From: Candidatus Acidiferrales bacterium
GTDB lineage: Bacteria; Chloroflexota; Dormibacteria; Aeolococcales; Aeolococcaceae
DNA length: 64,000 bases
Direction: 5' to 3'
Assembly (NCBI GenBank): GCA_035534435.1
Contig: DATLRX010000057.1
Location: 515-64,514 of the forward strand
Below, piece by piece: positions 1 through 8,775 of the stretch (position 1 is the first letter of the stretch; each line of letters starts with the position of its first letter). The translations under genes and the position numbers were made by a program. Under the pieces are notes generated by a model. The model was not told the DNA's origin. It made no database searches and saw only the letters and a list, made by a program, of their open reading frames with translations.

Positions 1-788
1 GCGAGCAGCGCCCTCCCCTCCTCCACACGCCCGGCATCCGCCATGAGGATCGCCGACCAGAACGCTGCCTCGTCGTTGCCCGCCAGCGACGCCCCGGCGC
101 GCTCGAACTCGACGAGCGCGTTCTCGAGGTCGCCGGCGACCTCGCTCGCCTCGGCCATGTCGATGTGCTGGTAGCCGCGATGCACACCGATCAGCCGCCG
201 CAGCTCGCCGAGAGGATCGGCTGAGTCCTCGACGCGCAGGTCGACGAGCCGTTGCTGCCACGGTTGGCTTGAACTCGTGCCGGAGACGATGAGCATCGCG
301 GCGGACTGCCGTCCGCGGATGTCACCGCCGGCGGCTTCGGCGGCGTCCAGGGCCGCCATGAGCCGGTCGGCGAGCGGTCCTGTCGAAGCCGTGAATGCCT
401 CGAGCATCGCCGGCCACACGCCCGCCCCACGCATCATGTTCGCCTGCACGGACACACCGTCGCCGGTTGCGTGCCCCGCAGCCTCGATGCAGAGCGTGCC
501 GGTGTGCACCGCGACGCGACCGGTGACGTCGACGAACGCCACCTGACGGCGCGCCTCGTCGGTGTCCGCCCGGGTGAGGGCGGCCATCGCGGTGACGGGG
601 TCGACGCCGAGGCGCATGAGCGCGAGTCCGCGCGGCCCGTATGCGGGCTCCGCGAAGGACTGCGTCGCCACGACGCCGACGCCCGGCTCCGCCCACGTCA
701 CGACGGAACCCACCGAGAAGTAATGCGACTGCACCGCGACACCGAGGTCGCCGGTGTCGGGATCGCGCGCGACGATCGAGTACGTCAT
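1..788 (-). CDS. DUF1028-family (Ntn-hydrolase fold) protein, 3' end runs off the window
   Basis: Not in the ORF track because there is no stop in the window. My own translation from ATG 788 (ATGA overlap with the rnhA stop at 785-787) gives MTYSIVARDPDTGDLGVAVQSHYFSVGSVVTWAEPGVGVVATQSFAEPAYGPRGL..., with no stop down to position 1. The N-terminal MTxSIVARD...GVAVQS matches the DUF1028 signature as I recall it. Confidence 0.7.
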   Translation of the reverse strand, partial: MTYSIVARDPDTGDLGVAVQSHYFSVGSVVTWAEPGVGVVATQSFAEPAYGPRGLALMRLGVDPVTAMAALTRADTDEARRQVAFVDVTGRVAVHTGTLCIEAAGHATGDGVSVQANMMRGAGVWPAMLEAFTASTGPLADRLMAALDAAEAAGGDIRGRQSAAMLIVSGTSSSQPWQQRLVDLRVEDSADPLGELRRLIGVHRGYQHIDMAEASEVAGDLENALVEFERAGASLAGNDEAAFWSAILMADAGRVEEGRALL

Positions 789-1228
789 GGCTTTCCGCCG
801 TTCGACACCGCAAGGATCCGCATCGTCTCCTTCACAGCGAGGGCATCGACGTGCTCATTGCCGCGAATGCCGCTGTGACCACGCACGTGCTCGAAATGCA
901 CCCGCGAGTCGATGAGCGGATCGATCGTTGGATAGAGATCGAGATTCTTGTGCCGCTTCCACGATCCCTGCAGCCAGTTGATGACCCCGAGGCTGTCGGT
1001 GCGCACGACGATCCGCCACCCGGGGTCGTCACCGATGCGCGCGTGAATGCGCAGCAGCGCCTCGCGCACCGCCTTCAACTCCTCCCGATTGTTGGTCGTG
1101 GCGATGTCCCCGCCCGCCGCCTCCTCCACGGTCCCGTCCGGCCACTCGAGGAGGTACGCCCACGCACCGGCACCCGGGTTGCCGGAACACGAACCGTCGG
1201 CGTACGCGATGACGGTCCGCTTCGTCAC
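785..1228 (-). CDS. rnhA: ribonuclease HI
   Basis: ORF 785..1330(-). VIAYADGSCSGNPGAGAWAYLL, TNNREELKAV and HVRGHSGIRGNEHVDALA fit the RNase HI catalytic pattern. Start set at GTG 1228 (GTGA overlap with the upstream stop); ATG 1258 is also possible. Confidence 0.85.
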   Translation of the reverse strand: MTKRTVIAYADGSCSGNPGAGAWAYLLEWPDGTVEEAAGGDIATTNNREELKAVREALLRIHARIGDDPGWRIVVRTDSLGVINWLQGSWKRHKNLDLYPTIDPLIDSRVHFEHVRGHSGIRGNEHVDALAVKETMRILAVSNGGKP

Positions 1229-1920
1229 GGCGCGAGGATCCGGTCGCAGTTGGCGCATTGCGTGAGGCCCGCACCGGTGCGCACTGCCCGGCGCTCCTCG
1301 TTGGATATCGGCATGCGGCAACCGCCACACGACTCGCCTGCAACACCCGTGACCGCCGGGCGTCGGCGCGACGCAACGCGGGTGTACAGCGACACATCCG
1401 CGGGTTCGGCCTCCGCGACGATGGAGGCTCGCTCGGTGCCGGCCGCCTCGAGTTGCGCGGTGAGCGTTTGCAGCCGGGCGCGCAGCGGTTCCATCGCACT
1501 CGCGCGCTGGGCCTCTCGCGCTGCGACCAGGGCGGTGACGTCGCGCAGCGTCGTCTGTGCCGCGTCCACCTGCTCCATGCGTTCGAGCGCTTCGTCTTCC
1601 GCGACCGCGAGCTTGACGCGCAGCACCTCCAGCTCGCGTTGCATCTCGATCAGCTCCGCGGGGTTGTGGATGCTACCGCTGTAGAGGCGGCGGTCCATCT
1701 CACGGACGCGTGTCTGCAGCGACGTCGCCTCGAGCTCGGCGATGCCCGCAACGGTCCCGCTTTCCCGATGCGCCTCGCGCGCCGCCTTCTCAGCGGTGCG
1801 CAGGTTGTCGAGCTCAGCGTCACCTTTGATCGTCGACTCGACGCCGGAGATCTCCGACCGCAAGGTGGCGATCTGATCGTCCGCATGCTGCAGGCGGAGG
1901 AGCGTCGACGCGCGGCTCAT
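1225..1920 (-). CDS. coiled-coil zinc-ribbon protein (DUF164/COG1579-like)
   Basis: 231 aa. Long Glu/Leu/Ala/Arg-rich helical part, then a C-terminal CGGC...CANC zinc ribbon. This family commonly neighbours RNase H in actinobacteria. ATGA overlap with the trpD stop. Confidence 0.75.
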   Translation of the reverse strand: MSRASTLLRLQHADDQIATLRSEISGVESTIKGDAELDNLRTAEKAAREAHRESGTVAGIAELEATSLQTRVREMDRRLYSGSIHNPAELIEMQRELEVLRVKLAVAEDEALERMEQVDAAQTTLRDVTALVAAREAQRASAMEPLRARLQTLTAQLEAAGTERASIVAEAEPADVSLYTRVASRRRPAVTGVAGESCGGCRMPISNEERRAVRTGAGLTQCANCDRILAP

Positions 1921-2945
1921 GCGGCGGCCTCATGGGAAACACGCACCAACGCGGCGAGCGCACTCCGTGCCGAGCCGCTGTCGATGGACTCGGCGGCCGC
2001 GCCGATGCCGTCGCGAAGTGTCTCGACGTGATCCCCCGCCACCAGCACCGCCGCCGTGTTCAGGAGCACCACGTCGCGATGCGGGCCACCCGCGCCGTCG
2101 AGCACCGCGAGGATGATCGCCGCGTTGGTGGCCGCGTCACCGCCGCGAACAGCGTCGAGCGACGCCACCTGGATGCCCACGTCCGCGGGATCGAGGATCG
2201 ATTCGCGCACCCCGCTCTGGGTCACCTCGTAACAATGCGCGCTCCCCTCGACGCCGAGCTCGTCGAGGCCGTCCGGCCCGGTGAACACGAGGGCGTGGAC
2301 GTGTCCGAGCCTGTGCAGGACCTCCGCCATCAGCGGCGCGAGGCGCCCGTTGGCAACGCCGATGAGCTGATGACGGACTCGCGCCGGGCTCGCAAGCGGG
2401 CCGAGCACGTTGAAGACCGTGCGAATGCCGAGCTCGCGACGCACCGGGACCACGTGACGGAGCGCGGGATGAAAGTCCGGCGCGAACAGGAACCCGACGC
2501 CGGCCTCCTCGACACACCTGCGCACACCGTGGGGAGGCAGCGAGATGACGACGCCGAGCGCCTCGAGCACGTCGGCGCTGCCGCAACGTGAGGACGCGGC
2601 GCGGTTGCCGTGCTTGGCCACGGGGCACCCGGCGCCCGCGGCGACCAGGGCCGCGGCCGTGGAGATGTTGAACGTGCCGGCCCCGTCGCCGCCGGTGCCG
2701 CACGTGTCGACGGCATCGACGGAGAGCGAGACGATGGTGGCGTGCGCGCGCATCGATTCGACCATGCCGGCAATCTCATCGACCGTCTCGCCCTTCATGC
2801 GCAGCGCGACGATGAGGGCGCCGATCTGAGCGGGCGTCGCCGCACCCTCCATCATCGCGTCCATGACCGCACGGGCCATCGGCATGTCGAGGTTGCGACC
2901 GGAGACGACCGTCTCGAGTGCCTGTCGCATCACCACCTCACCCAT
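1917..2945 (-). CDS. trpD: anthranilate phosphoribosyltransferase
   Basis: ORF 1917..3101(-). DTCGTGGDGAGTFNIST, KHGNRAASS and GFLFAPDFHPALRHV are TrpD motifs. Start chosen at ATG 2945 (MGEVVMRQALE) because the 52 aa upstream are low-complexity. Confidence 0.9.
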   Translation of the reverse strand: MGEVVMRQALETVVSGRNLDMPMARAVMDAMMEGAATPAQIGALIVALRMKGETVDEIAGMVESMRAHATIVSLSVDAVDTCGTGGDGAGTFNISTAAALVAAGAGCPVAKHGNRAASSRCGSADVLEALGVVISLPPHGVRRCVEEAGVGFLFAPDFHPALRHVVPVRRELGIRTVFNVLGPLASPARVRHQLIGVANGRLAPLMAEVLHRLGHVHALVFTGPDGLDELGVEGSAHCYEVTQSGVRESILDPADVGIQVASLDAVRGGDAATNAAIILAVLDGAGGPHRDVVLLNTAAVLVAGDHVETLRDGIGAAAESIDSGSARSALAALVRVSHEAAA

Positions 2946-2997
2946 CTCGGGCGACGGTATCACCGAGCGTGAAGAGGACGATCCATATACTCGGAGG

Positions 2998-3915
2998 GTG
3001 ACCGCGCGCACACTCGAGCCATTCGACCCTGAGGTGGTCGCGCCGTGGCGTCTCGGCGACGGCCCGCGCGGCGCGCTGCTCATCCACGGATTCGCCAGCA
3101 CCCCGCCGGAGCTGCGCCGCCTCGGCGAGATCCTCGCGCGAGAGGGTTTCCGCTGTCACGCCCCTGCGCTCCCGGGACACGGCACGACGCCGCACGAGCT
3201 CGAGCGCACCCGGTGGCAGGACTGGGCGGCGCACGTCCAGGTCGCGTTCGACGAGCTCGCCACTGAGTGCTCGGACGTGGTCGTCGCCGGGCAGTCGATG
3301 GGCGGGACGCTCGCGCTCCACCTCGCAGCACACGACCACCGCGTTCGCGCTGTCGCCACGCTCGCCGCTCCCATCTGGCTCAGCGGACCGCTCCCGGCGC
3401 TGCTCCCGATCCTCAGCCATGTGGTGCGCTGGCACCGCGCCGGTGACGACGTCGACCTCTGGAACCCCGAGGCCGTCGAGGAATTGCACAGCTATGGCAT
3501 GCGACCGACGCGCAGCATCAACGAGCTGCGCCGCTTATGCGCGGTCGTGCGCAACGAGCTGGCCGAGGTTCGCGCACCCGTGTTCATCCTGCACGGTGAG
3601 CGTGATCGATCGATCGACCCGCGCTGCGCGAAGGAAATTGCGCAGCGGCTCGTCGGCAGCGAAGCCGTGCAGCTGCGCATGCTGCCGCGCAGCGGCCATG
3701 GCATCTCCGTCGACGTGGATCGCGACAGTGTCAACGCCGACATCCTGCGGTGGTTCGCCCGGTTCGCACCCGCGGAAACGGCGGTGAAGCCACCCCGCGG
3801 TGGCCGCCGGTCGCTAGGCGCTCAACCGGAGTCGCGCGTGGAGTCCAGGAGTCGTGCAGCGATCTCCGGGTCGATCACGGGGTTCGCGGGAGGACCCTCG
3901 TCAAGGTCGCGGTGA
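2998..3915 (+). CDS. alpha/beta hydrolase (carboxylesterase/lysophospholipase-like)
   Basis: ORF 2863..3915(+). LLIHGF, nucleophile elbow GQSMGG, and late ILHGERD...SGHG. Start set at GTG 2998, 6 nt after a TATACT -10-like hexamer (2986-2991), so possibly leaderless. The last ~50 aa are low-complexity and overlap the convergent gene. Confidence 0.75.
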   Translation: MTARTLEPFDPEVVAPWRLGDGPRGALLIHGFASTPPELRRLGEILAREGFRCHAPALPGHGTTPHELERTRWQDWAAHVQVAFDELATECSDVVVAGQSMGGTLALHLAAHDHRVRAVATLAAPIWLSGPLPALLPILSHVVRWHRAGDDVDLWNPEAVEELHSYGMRPTRSINELRRLCAVVRNELAEVRAPVFILHGERDRSIDPRCAKEIAQRLVGSEAVQLRMLPRSGHGISVDVDRDSVNADILRWFARFAPAETAVKPPRGGRRSLGAQPESRVESRSRAAISGSITGFAGGPSSRSR

Positions 3916-4112
3916 TGCCTGGAGTGATGCCGCTGGGCCTGCTGCGCCGCGGCGCGCGCGGCGTCTCGAACGACGTCGCCGCAGCCGGCACAGCGCAACA
4001 CGGCGGCGGTCATGCCCTTTCCCGCGTACTCGCGATGCGAGAAGCGCATCTCGCCGCCGCACGTGGCACAGCGACGGCGCAGCGCTGCGCCTGCGGAAGT
4101 GTCGCCCGTCAT
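3822..4112 (-). CDS. small zinc-ribbon protein, unknown function
   Basis: Internal ATG 4112 of ORF 3822..4418(-): MTGDTSAGAALRRRCATCGGEMRF...VLRCAGCGDVV gives two CxxC pairs, followed by a His/Arg-rich tail. No family recognised. Confidence 0.5.
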   Translation of the reverse strand: MTGDTSAGAALRRRCATCGGEMRFSHREYAGKGMTAAVLRCAGCGDVVRDAARAAAQQAQRHHSRHHRDLDEGPPANPVIDPEIAARLLDSTRDSG

Positions 4113-4171
4113 CGCGGCAAGGGTACGACCACCAGCGTCCCGCGCCGGCGCGCTCGCCCAAGGAACCCGGC

Positions 4172-4744
4172 GTGACACCGATCGTCGACGGGCTCCGCGC
4201 AATCGCGCGACCGGCCGCTGACGTCCCCGCGCCGCCGGCCGGTGGTGGCCGCCCCGCGTCCGTGCTCCTCCTCTGCGACCCCTCGACGCCGGGCGTACCC
4301 CTGCTCTTCGTGCTTCGGTCTCCCGATCTTCGAGCGCACCCGGGACAGATCGCGTTCCCGGGCGGCAGCGCGGAGCCGGGTGACGCCGGCGTGGTTGAAA
4401 CCGCGCTTCGCGAGGCACACGAGGAGCTCGGCGTCGATCCCGACAACGTCGAGGTGCTCGGGCTGCTCTCGCCGTTCGCGACCGTCGTGTCGGACCGATG
4501 GTTGACCCCGGTGCTCGGGCTGGAGCGCAGTCCGTCGCACCTGCGCGGTGACGAGTTCGAGATCGCCGAGTGGTTCCGAATCGACATCGCCGACCTGCTC
4601 GTGGCGCCGCACACCGTGCGCGAGATGGAGCGGGACGGCATCCGTCGCCGCGTTCATTTCTATGAGGCGTCGCAGCGCGTGATCTGGGGGGTCACCGGAG
4701 GGATCCTCCACGAGCTGCTCGAGCTGCTCGGGCGCACCGACTGA
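4172..4744 (+). CDS. NUDIX hydrolase, CoA pyrophosphatase type
   Basis: GTG 4172 within ORF 3854..4744(+). Nudix box GGSAEPGDAGVVETALREAHEELGV, preceded by LFVLRSPDLRAHPGQIAFPGG (CoA-ase type upstream motif). Confidence 0.8.
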   Translation: MTPIVDGLRAIARPAADVPAPPAGGGRPASVLLLCDPSTPGVPLLFVLRSPDLRAHPGQIAFPGGSAEPGDAGVVETALREAHEELGVDPDNVEVLGLLSPFATVVSDRWLTPVLGLERSPSHLRGDEFEIAEWFRIDIADLLVAPHTVREMERDGIRRRVHFYEASQRVIWGVTGGILHELLELLGRTD

Positions 4745-4746
4745 GG

Positions 4747-5370
4747 TCAGGCGCCGGCCGACGTGATCTTCTGGTCCTGAGCTTGTGCCACGGCCTCTGC
4801 GTACGACTGCGCAACCGGTCCGCTCGAGTTCACGATGAGAACCACCGAAATGACACCTCCCTCCTGGAAGACGATGCCGATCTCGCTGTAGCCGGCCGAT
4901 GTCTTGCCGATGTATTCGTCCGCCTGTGAACCGATTCCACCCGGCGACGACGAGCTCGACTGTGCGGTGACCTGGCTCTTCGTTGCGTCACGCAACTGCG
5001 CATAGTCCGCGGATGCGGCCTGCGACGAGGTGTCGAGCAGCACGTCATCCTCGACCCGATACGTGTTGCCGGGATTCGCGAATCCACGCTGGTCGGTGTT
5101 GGCGATCGAGTTCATCCTGCCGTCGCTCACCTGCGCAAGCACCGGACCTCCGGACGGCAGTTCCTGCACCGTCAATGCAAGAGCGCTCGCCGCCGCAGTC
5201 GGATCGGAAGACGAACTCGACGACGGTGTTCCGAAGCCACTGTTCGATTGACCGACGCTCGCGGATGGTGAGTGAGACCCCGACGTTGTGCTGCACGCAC
5301 TCAGTCCGACGGTCGACGCACATGCCCCGATAGCGAGCGCGACACGCGTGAAATGGCTCATCGAATACAT
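4747..5370 (-). CDS. secreted lipoprotein, unknown function
   Basis: ORF 4747..5568(-). Start at MYSMSHFTRVALAIGACASTVGLSAC (signal peptide plus lipobox), then a Ser-rich linker and a globular C-terminal part. No family recognised. Confidence 0.65.
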   Translation of the reverse strand: MYSMSHFTRVALAIGACASTVGLSACSTTSGSHSPSASVGQSNSGFGTPSSSSSSDPTAAASALALTVQELPSGGPVLAQVSDGRMNSIANTDQRGFANPGNTYRVEDDVLLDTSSQAASADYAQLRDATKSQVTAQSSSSSPGGIGSQADEYIGKTSAGYSEIGIVFQEGGVISVVLIVNSSGPVAQSYAEAVAQAQDQKITSAGA

Positions 5371-5404
5371 CCCCCGGTTGCCACCGTAGCACACGTGCCC
5401 CGGA

Positions 5405-6058
5405 TCAGCGGTATCGCGGATGCACCACAAACGGGTTGTCGCGCATCTCCTCGTCGACCGTGGTGCGCTCGCCGTGTCCCGGATAGACGACGGTTTCGGG
5501 AGGCAGCGTGTAGATGCGATGCTCGATCGAGAAGATGAGCGCGGGCATGGAGCCACCGAGCAGGTCACATCTCCCGACGCCGCGATGGAACAGCGTGTCT
5601 CCGGTCAGCAGATCGGGGCCGACGCGGAAACACACCGACCCGCGCGTATGCCCGGGGGTGTGCACGACCTCGATGTCGAGATCGTGCCAGCGCAGCATCT
5701 CGCCGTCACGAAGCTCCTGCTCGCACACGACATCGGGCTGATCGTCCGGGACGCCGGGCAGGTACCGCACGGCTTCGAGCTGCTCCCGATCGTCGGGGTG
5801 AAGCGCGGCCTCGCAGCCGAACGCGGCCTTGAGCGCGGGCACGCCGTTGACGTGGTCCGGATGACCGTGAGTCAGGAGGATGCGATCGCAACGCAGTCCG
5901 CGCTGCTCCAGCAACGCGATCGTCTGAGGGTGCTGGAGCCCGGGATCGACGACCAGGGTATGAGTCGTGTCTCTGCGCCGGAGGATGTAGCAGTTCTGAT
6001 CGAACATCGGATCGACGACGATCGCGAGCTCGACGAGATCGCGCAGCGTGTCGGTCAC
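5405..6058 (-). CDS. MBL-fold metallo-hydrolase (hydroxyacylglutathione hydrolase-like)
   Basis: 217 aa. LLTHGHPDHV (HxHxDH), later HTPGHTRGS and YPGHG. Confidence 0.85.
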   Translation of the reverse strand: MTDTLRDLVELAIVVDPMFDQNCYILRRRDTTHTLVVDPGLQHPQTIALLEQRGLRCDRILLTHGHPDHVNGVPALKAAFGCEAALHPDDREQLEAVRYLPGVPDDQPDVVCEQELRDGEMLRWHDLDIEVVHTPGHTRGSVCFRVGPDLLTGDTLFHRGVGRCDLLGGSMPALIFSIEHRIYTLPPETVVYPGHGERTTVDEEMRDNPFVVHPRYR

Positions 6059-6067
6059 GACCGCATG

Positions 6068-8746
6068 CTACCTGGGGTTGGCGTTGATCGGCCCGAGCAC
6101 GTCGGCGCCGGTGATCGGCAGCACGAACCCCGCTCCGTGGCGTTCGCGCTTTCGCGGCGCGTCCGACTCGACGAGCGCGCGCTCGAGCACCTCGCCGACG
6201 TACTCCACCGGCACCACGTCGATCGCGTCGAGGATCTCCCTGTCCACCTCGTACAGGTCACGCATGTTCTTCGCGGGAAGAATGAACGTCTTCAATCCGG
6301 AACGGTGTGCGGCGAGCAGCTTGTCCTTGACGCCCCCGATGGGCAACACCTTGCCACGCAACGTGATCTCGCCCGTCATGGCGAGGTCGCGGCGGACGCG
6401 GCGGCCCGTCGCAACCGACACCATCGCGGTCGCCATGGTCACGCCCGCTGAGGGGCCATCCTTCGGGATGGCGCCGGCGGGGACGTGCACGTGGACGGCG
6501 TGCGTGTCAAAGAAGTCGCGCGGCGCGCCGTACTCGATCGCGTGGACTTTCGCCCACGACAGCGCGGCCTTCACCGACTCCTCCATGACGCTTCCGAGCT
6601 GTCCCGTGAGGACGAGATCGGGCTTGGTCTCGATGGCCAGCGCCTCGACGGTGATGATGTCGCCACCGACCTCGCTGACGACGACCCCGGTGACGGCGCC
6701 GATCTCGTCCTGTTCCTGCGCCTCACCGTAGTCGTGACGGCGCGGGCCGAGGAGATCGGTGAGGTCGTCAGGCGTGATCACGATCGGTGGCGTCGCGCCG
6801 GCGGCGAGCTTTCTCGGGACCTTGCGCGCGACCTCGGCGATGGTTCGATCGAGCTGGCGAACACCCGCCTCGCGCGTGTACCCGTGGAGCATCGCGACGA
6901 TGCTCTCGCGCGGGATCTCGAGCTCGCCGGCATCCAGCGAGTGCTGATCGAGCTGGCGCGGCACCAGGTGACGCTCCGCGATCTCGACCTTCTCCTGCTC
7001 GGTGTAGCCGGTGATCCGGATGATCTCCATCCTGTCGCGCAGCGGGGCGCTGATCGTCTCCGTGATGTTCGCCGTCGTGATGAACAGCACCTGCGAGAGG
7101 TCATACGGCACCTCGAGGTAGTGGTCGCTGAACTCCCAGTTCTGCTCAGGGTCGAGGACCTCGAGCAGCGCCGCGGAGGGATCGCCGCGGAAGTCGGCTC
7201 CGACCTTGTCGATCTCATCGAGCATGATCACCGCATTCCGCGTGCCCGCGGTCCGCATCGACTGGATGATCCGCCCGGGCAGTGCACCGATATACGTGCG
7301 CCGGTGCCCGCGAATCTCGGCCTCATCACGGATGCCGCCCAGCGACATGCGCACGAACTTGCGATCAAGCGCGCGCGCAATGGACCGTCCAAGCGAAGTC
7401 TTTCCGACACCGGGAGGTCCGACGAAACACAGGATGGGCGTCTGCAGAGTCCTTCGCTTCGCCTGCGCGAGTGCGGCGGGTCCTGTCGTCGCGGGGACCC
7501 CTCGCCGCTCTCCAGCCGGGTCTGACCCGTCCTGCGCTTCAGGAACGTCCTGCGGCTCGCCCGGCCTGCGATCGGCGCTGCCCCCCGCGCCGCCACCCGC
7601 CTCTTGCGTCGAGTCTTCGGTGGCGCCTGCCCCCGCGTCGACAGGACCCGCGCCCTCCGACAGGGCCTTAAGCCGAATGCGATCCCGAACGGCCAACCAT
7701 TCCAGGATCCGGTCCTTCACCTTGGTCAGCCCGTAGTGGTCTTCGTCGAGAATCGCGGACGCGCGTTCGATGTCCAGGGTCTCGGCGGGCGGGTCGACCC
7801 ACGGAAGATCCAGCAGCCAGTCGACCCAGGTGCGGACCATTCCCATCTCCGGCGACGCGCTCGGGATCTGTTCGAGGCGGTGCACCTCTTTGAGGACACG
7901 CGTCTTGACGTTCTCCGGCATACCGGCCTTCTCGACCCTGGTGGCGAGATCCTCGTCATCCTCACCCGCGTCGTCGAGCTCCGTCAGCTCCTTGCGGATC
8001 GCGCGCAACTGCTCGCGAAGGATGTGCTCGCGCTGCGAGTTGTTGATCGTCTTCTGAACGTCCTCGTGGATCTTCGTGCGCAACTGCGCAACCTCGACCT
8101 CGCGCGCGAGCAGCGGGATGAGGGTTCGCAGGCGGGCGATCGGATCGGTCTGCTGCAACAGCGCTACCCGGTCGTCGAAGTCGAAATCGGGACAGGTGCT
8201 GGCGATGTCGGCGATCAGCTCCGGGTCTCCGGCACGCGCCATCGCGACAGCGGTGTCAGCACCGACCTGCGCGCCGGCGTTGACGTAGTCGGCGAAGAGC
8301 GATCGCACCGACCCGAAGAGCGCGTCAACCTCGGTGCCTTCAGTGATGTCTGCGGTGACCGGCGTGACCGTGGCAATCCACGCGTCGCCGGTTGCGTCGA
8401 AGGCATCGATGCGCACGCGCTCCTTCCCCTCGACGAGCGCATGAGCTCCCCCACCGGGAAGGCGCCGGAACGCGCCGACATGGGCGATGACCGCGATCGT
8501 GTGCACATCGTCGAGCGACGCCTCGTCGCGAGCGGCGTCGCGCTGGATCGCGAGGACGACGCGACCGTCGCCGTTCACGGCGGCCTCCAGCGCCGCGACC
8601 GAGCGCGGACGCCCTGCTGCCAGCGGCGCGAGCTGAGACGGGAACACGACGTTGTCCCGCAGCGGCACCGCGGGGAGGGTCATGGATGCCGGCGGCGGGG
8701 GTCCGGCAGCCGGCTCGTCGGGCGCGGAGAGCTCAGCTTCGGGCAT
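6068..8746 (-). CDS. lon: ATP-dependent Lon protease (endopeptidase La)
   Basis: ORF 6068..8818(-). N-terminal LON domain, Walker A GPPGVGKTS, Walker B VIMLDEIDK, protease site PKDGPSAGVTMATA. Start set at ATG 8746 (MPEAEL). Carries an unusual insertion before the Walker A (see findings). Confidence 0.93.
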   Translation of the reverse strand: MPEAELSAPDEPAAGPPPPASMTLPAVPLRDNVVFPSQLAPLAAGRPRSVAALEAAVNGDGRVVLAIQRDAARDEASLDDVHTIAVIAHVGAFRRLPGGGAHALVEGKERVRIDAFDATGDAWIATVTPVTADITEGTEVDALFGSVRSLFADYVNAGAQVGADTAVAMARAGDPELIADIASTCPDFDFDDRVALLQQTDPIARLRTLIPLLAREVEVAQLRTKIHEDVQKTINNSQREHILREQLRAIRKELTELDDAGEDDEDLATRVEKAGMPENVKTRVLKEVHRLEQIPSASPEMGMVRTWVDWLLDLPWVDPPAETLDIERASAILDEDHYGLTKVKDRILEWLAVRDRIRLKALSEGAGPVDAGAGATEDSTQEAGGGAGGSADRRPGEPQDVPEAQDGSDPAGERRGVPATTGPAALAQAKRRTLQTPILCFVGPPGVGKTSLGRSIARALDRKFVRMSLGGIRDEAEIRGHRRTYIGALPGRIIQSMRTAGTRNAVIMLDEIDKVGADFRGDPSAALLEVLDPEQNWEFSDHYLEVPYDLSQVLFITTANITETISAPLRDRMEIIRITGYTEQEKVEIAERHLVPRQLDQHSLDAGELEIPRESIVAMLHGYTREAGVRQLDRTIAEVARKVPRKLAAGATPPIVITPDDLTDLLGPRRHDYGEAQEQDEIGAVTGVVVSEVGGDIITVEALAIETKPDLVLTGQLGSVMEESVKAALSWAKVHAIEYGAPRDFFDTHAVHVHVPAGAIPKDGPSAGVTMATAMVSVATGRRVRRDLAMTGEITLRGKVLPIGGVKDKLLAAHRSGLKTFILPAKNMRDLYEVDREILDAIDVVPVEYVGEVLERALVESDAPRKRERHGAGFVLPITGADVLGPINANPR

Positions 8747-8775
8747 TGAACGAGCATAGCCGGGGCTCCGCGCCG

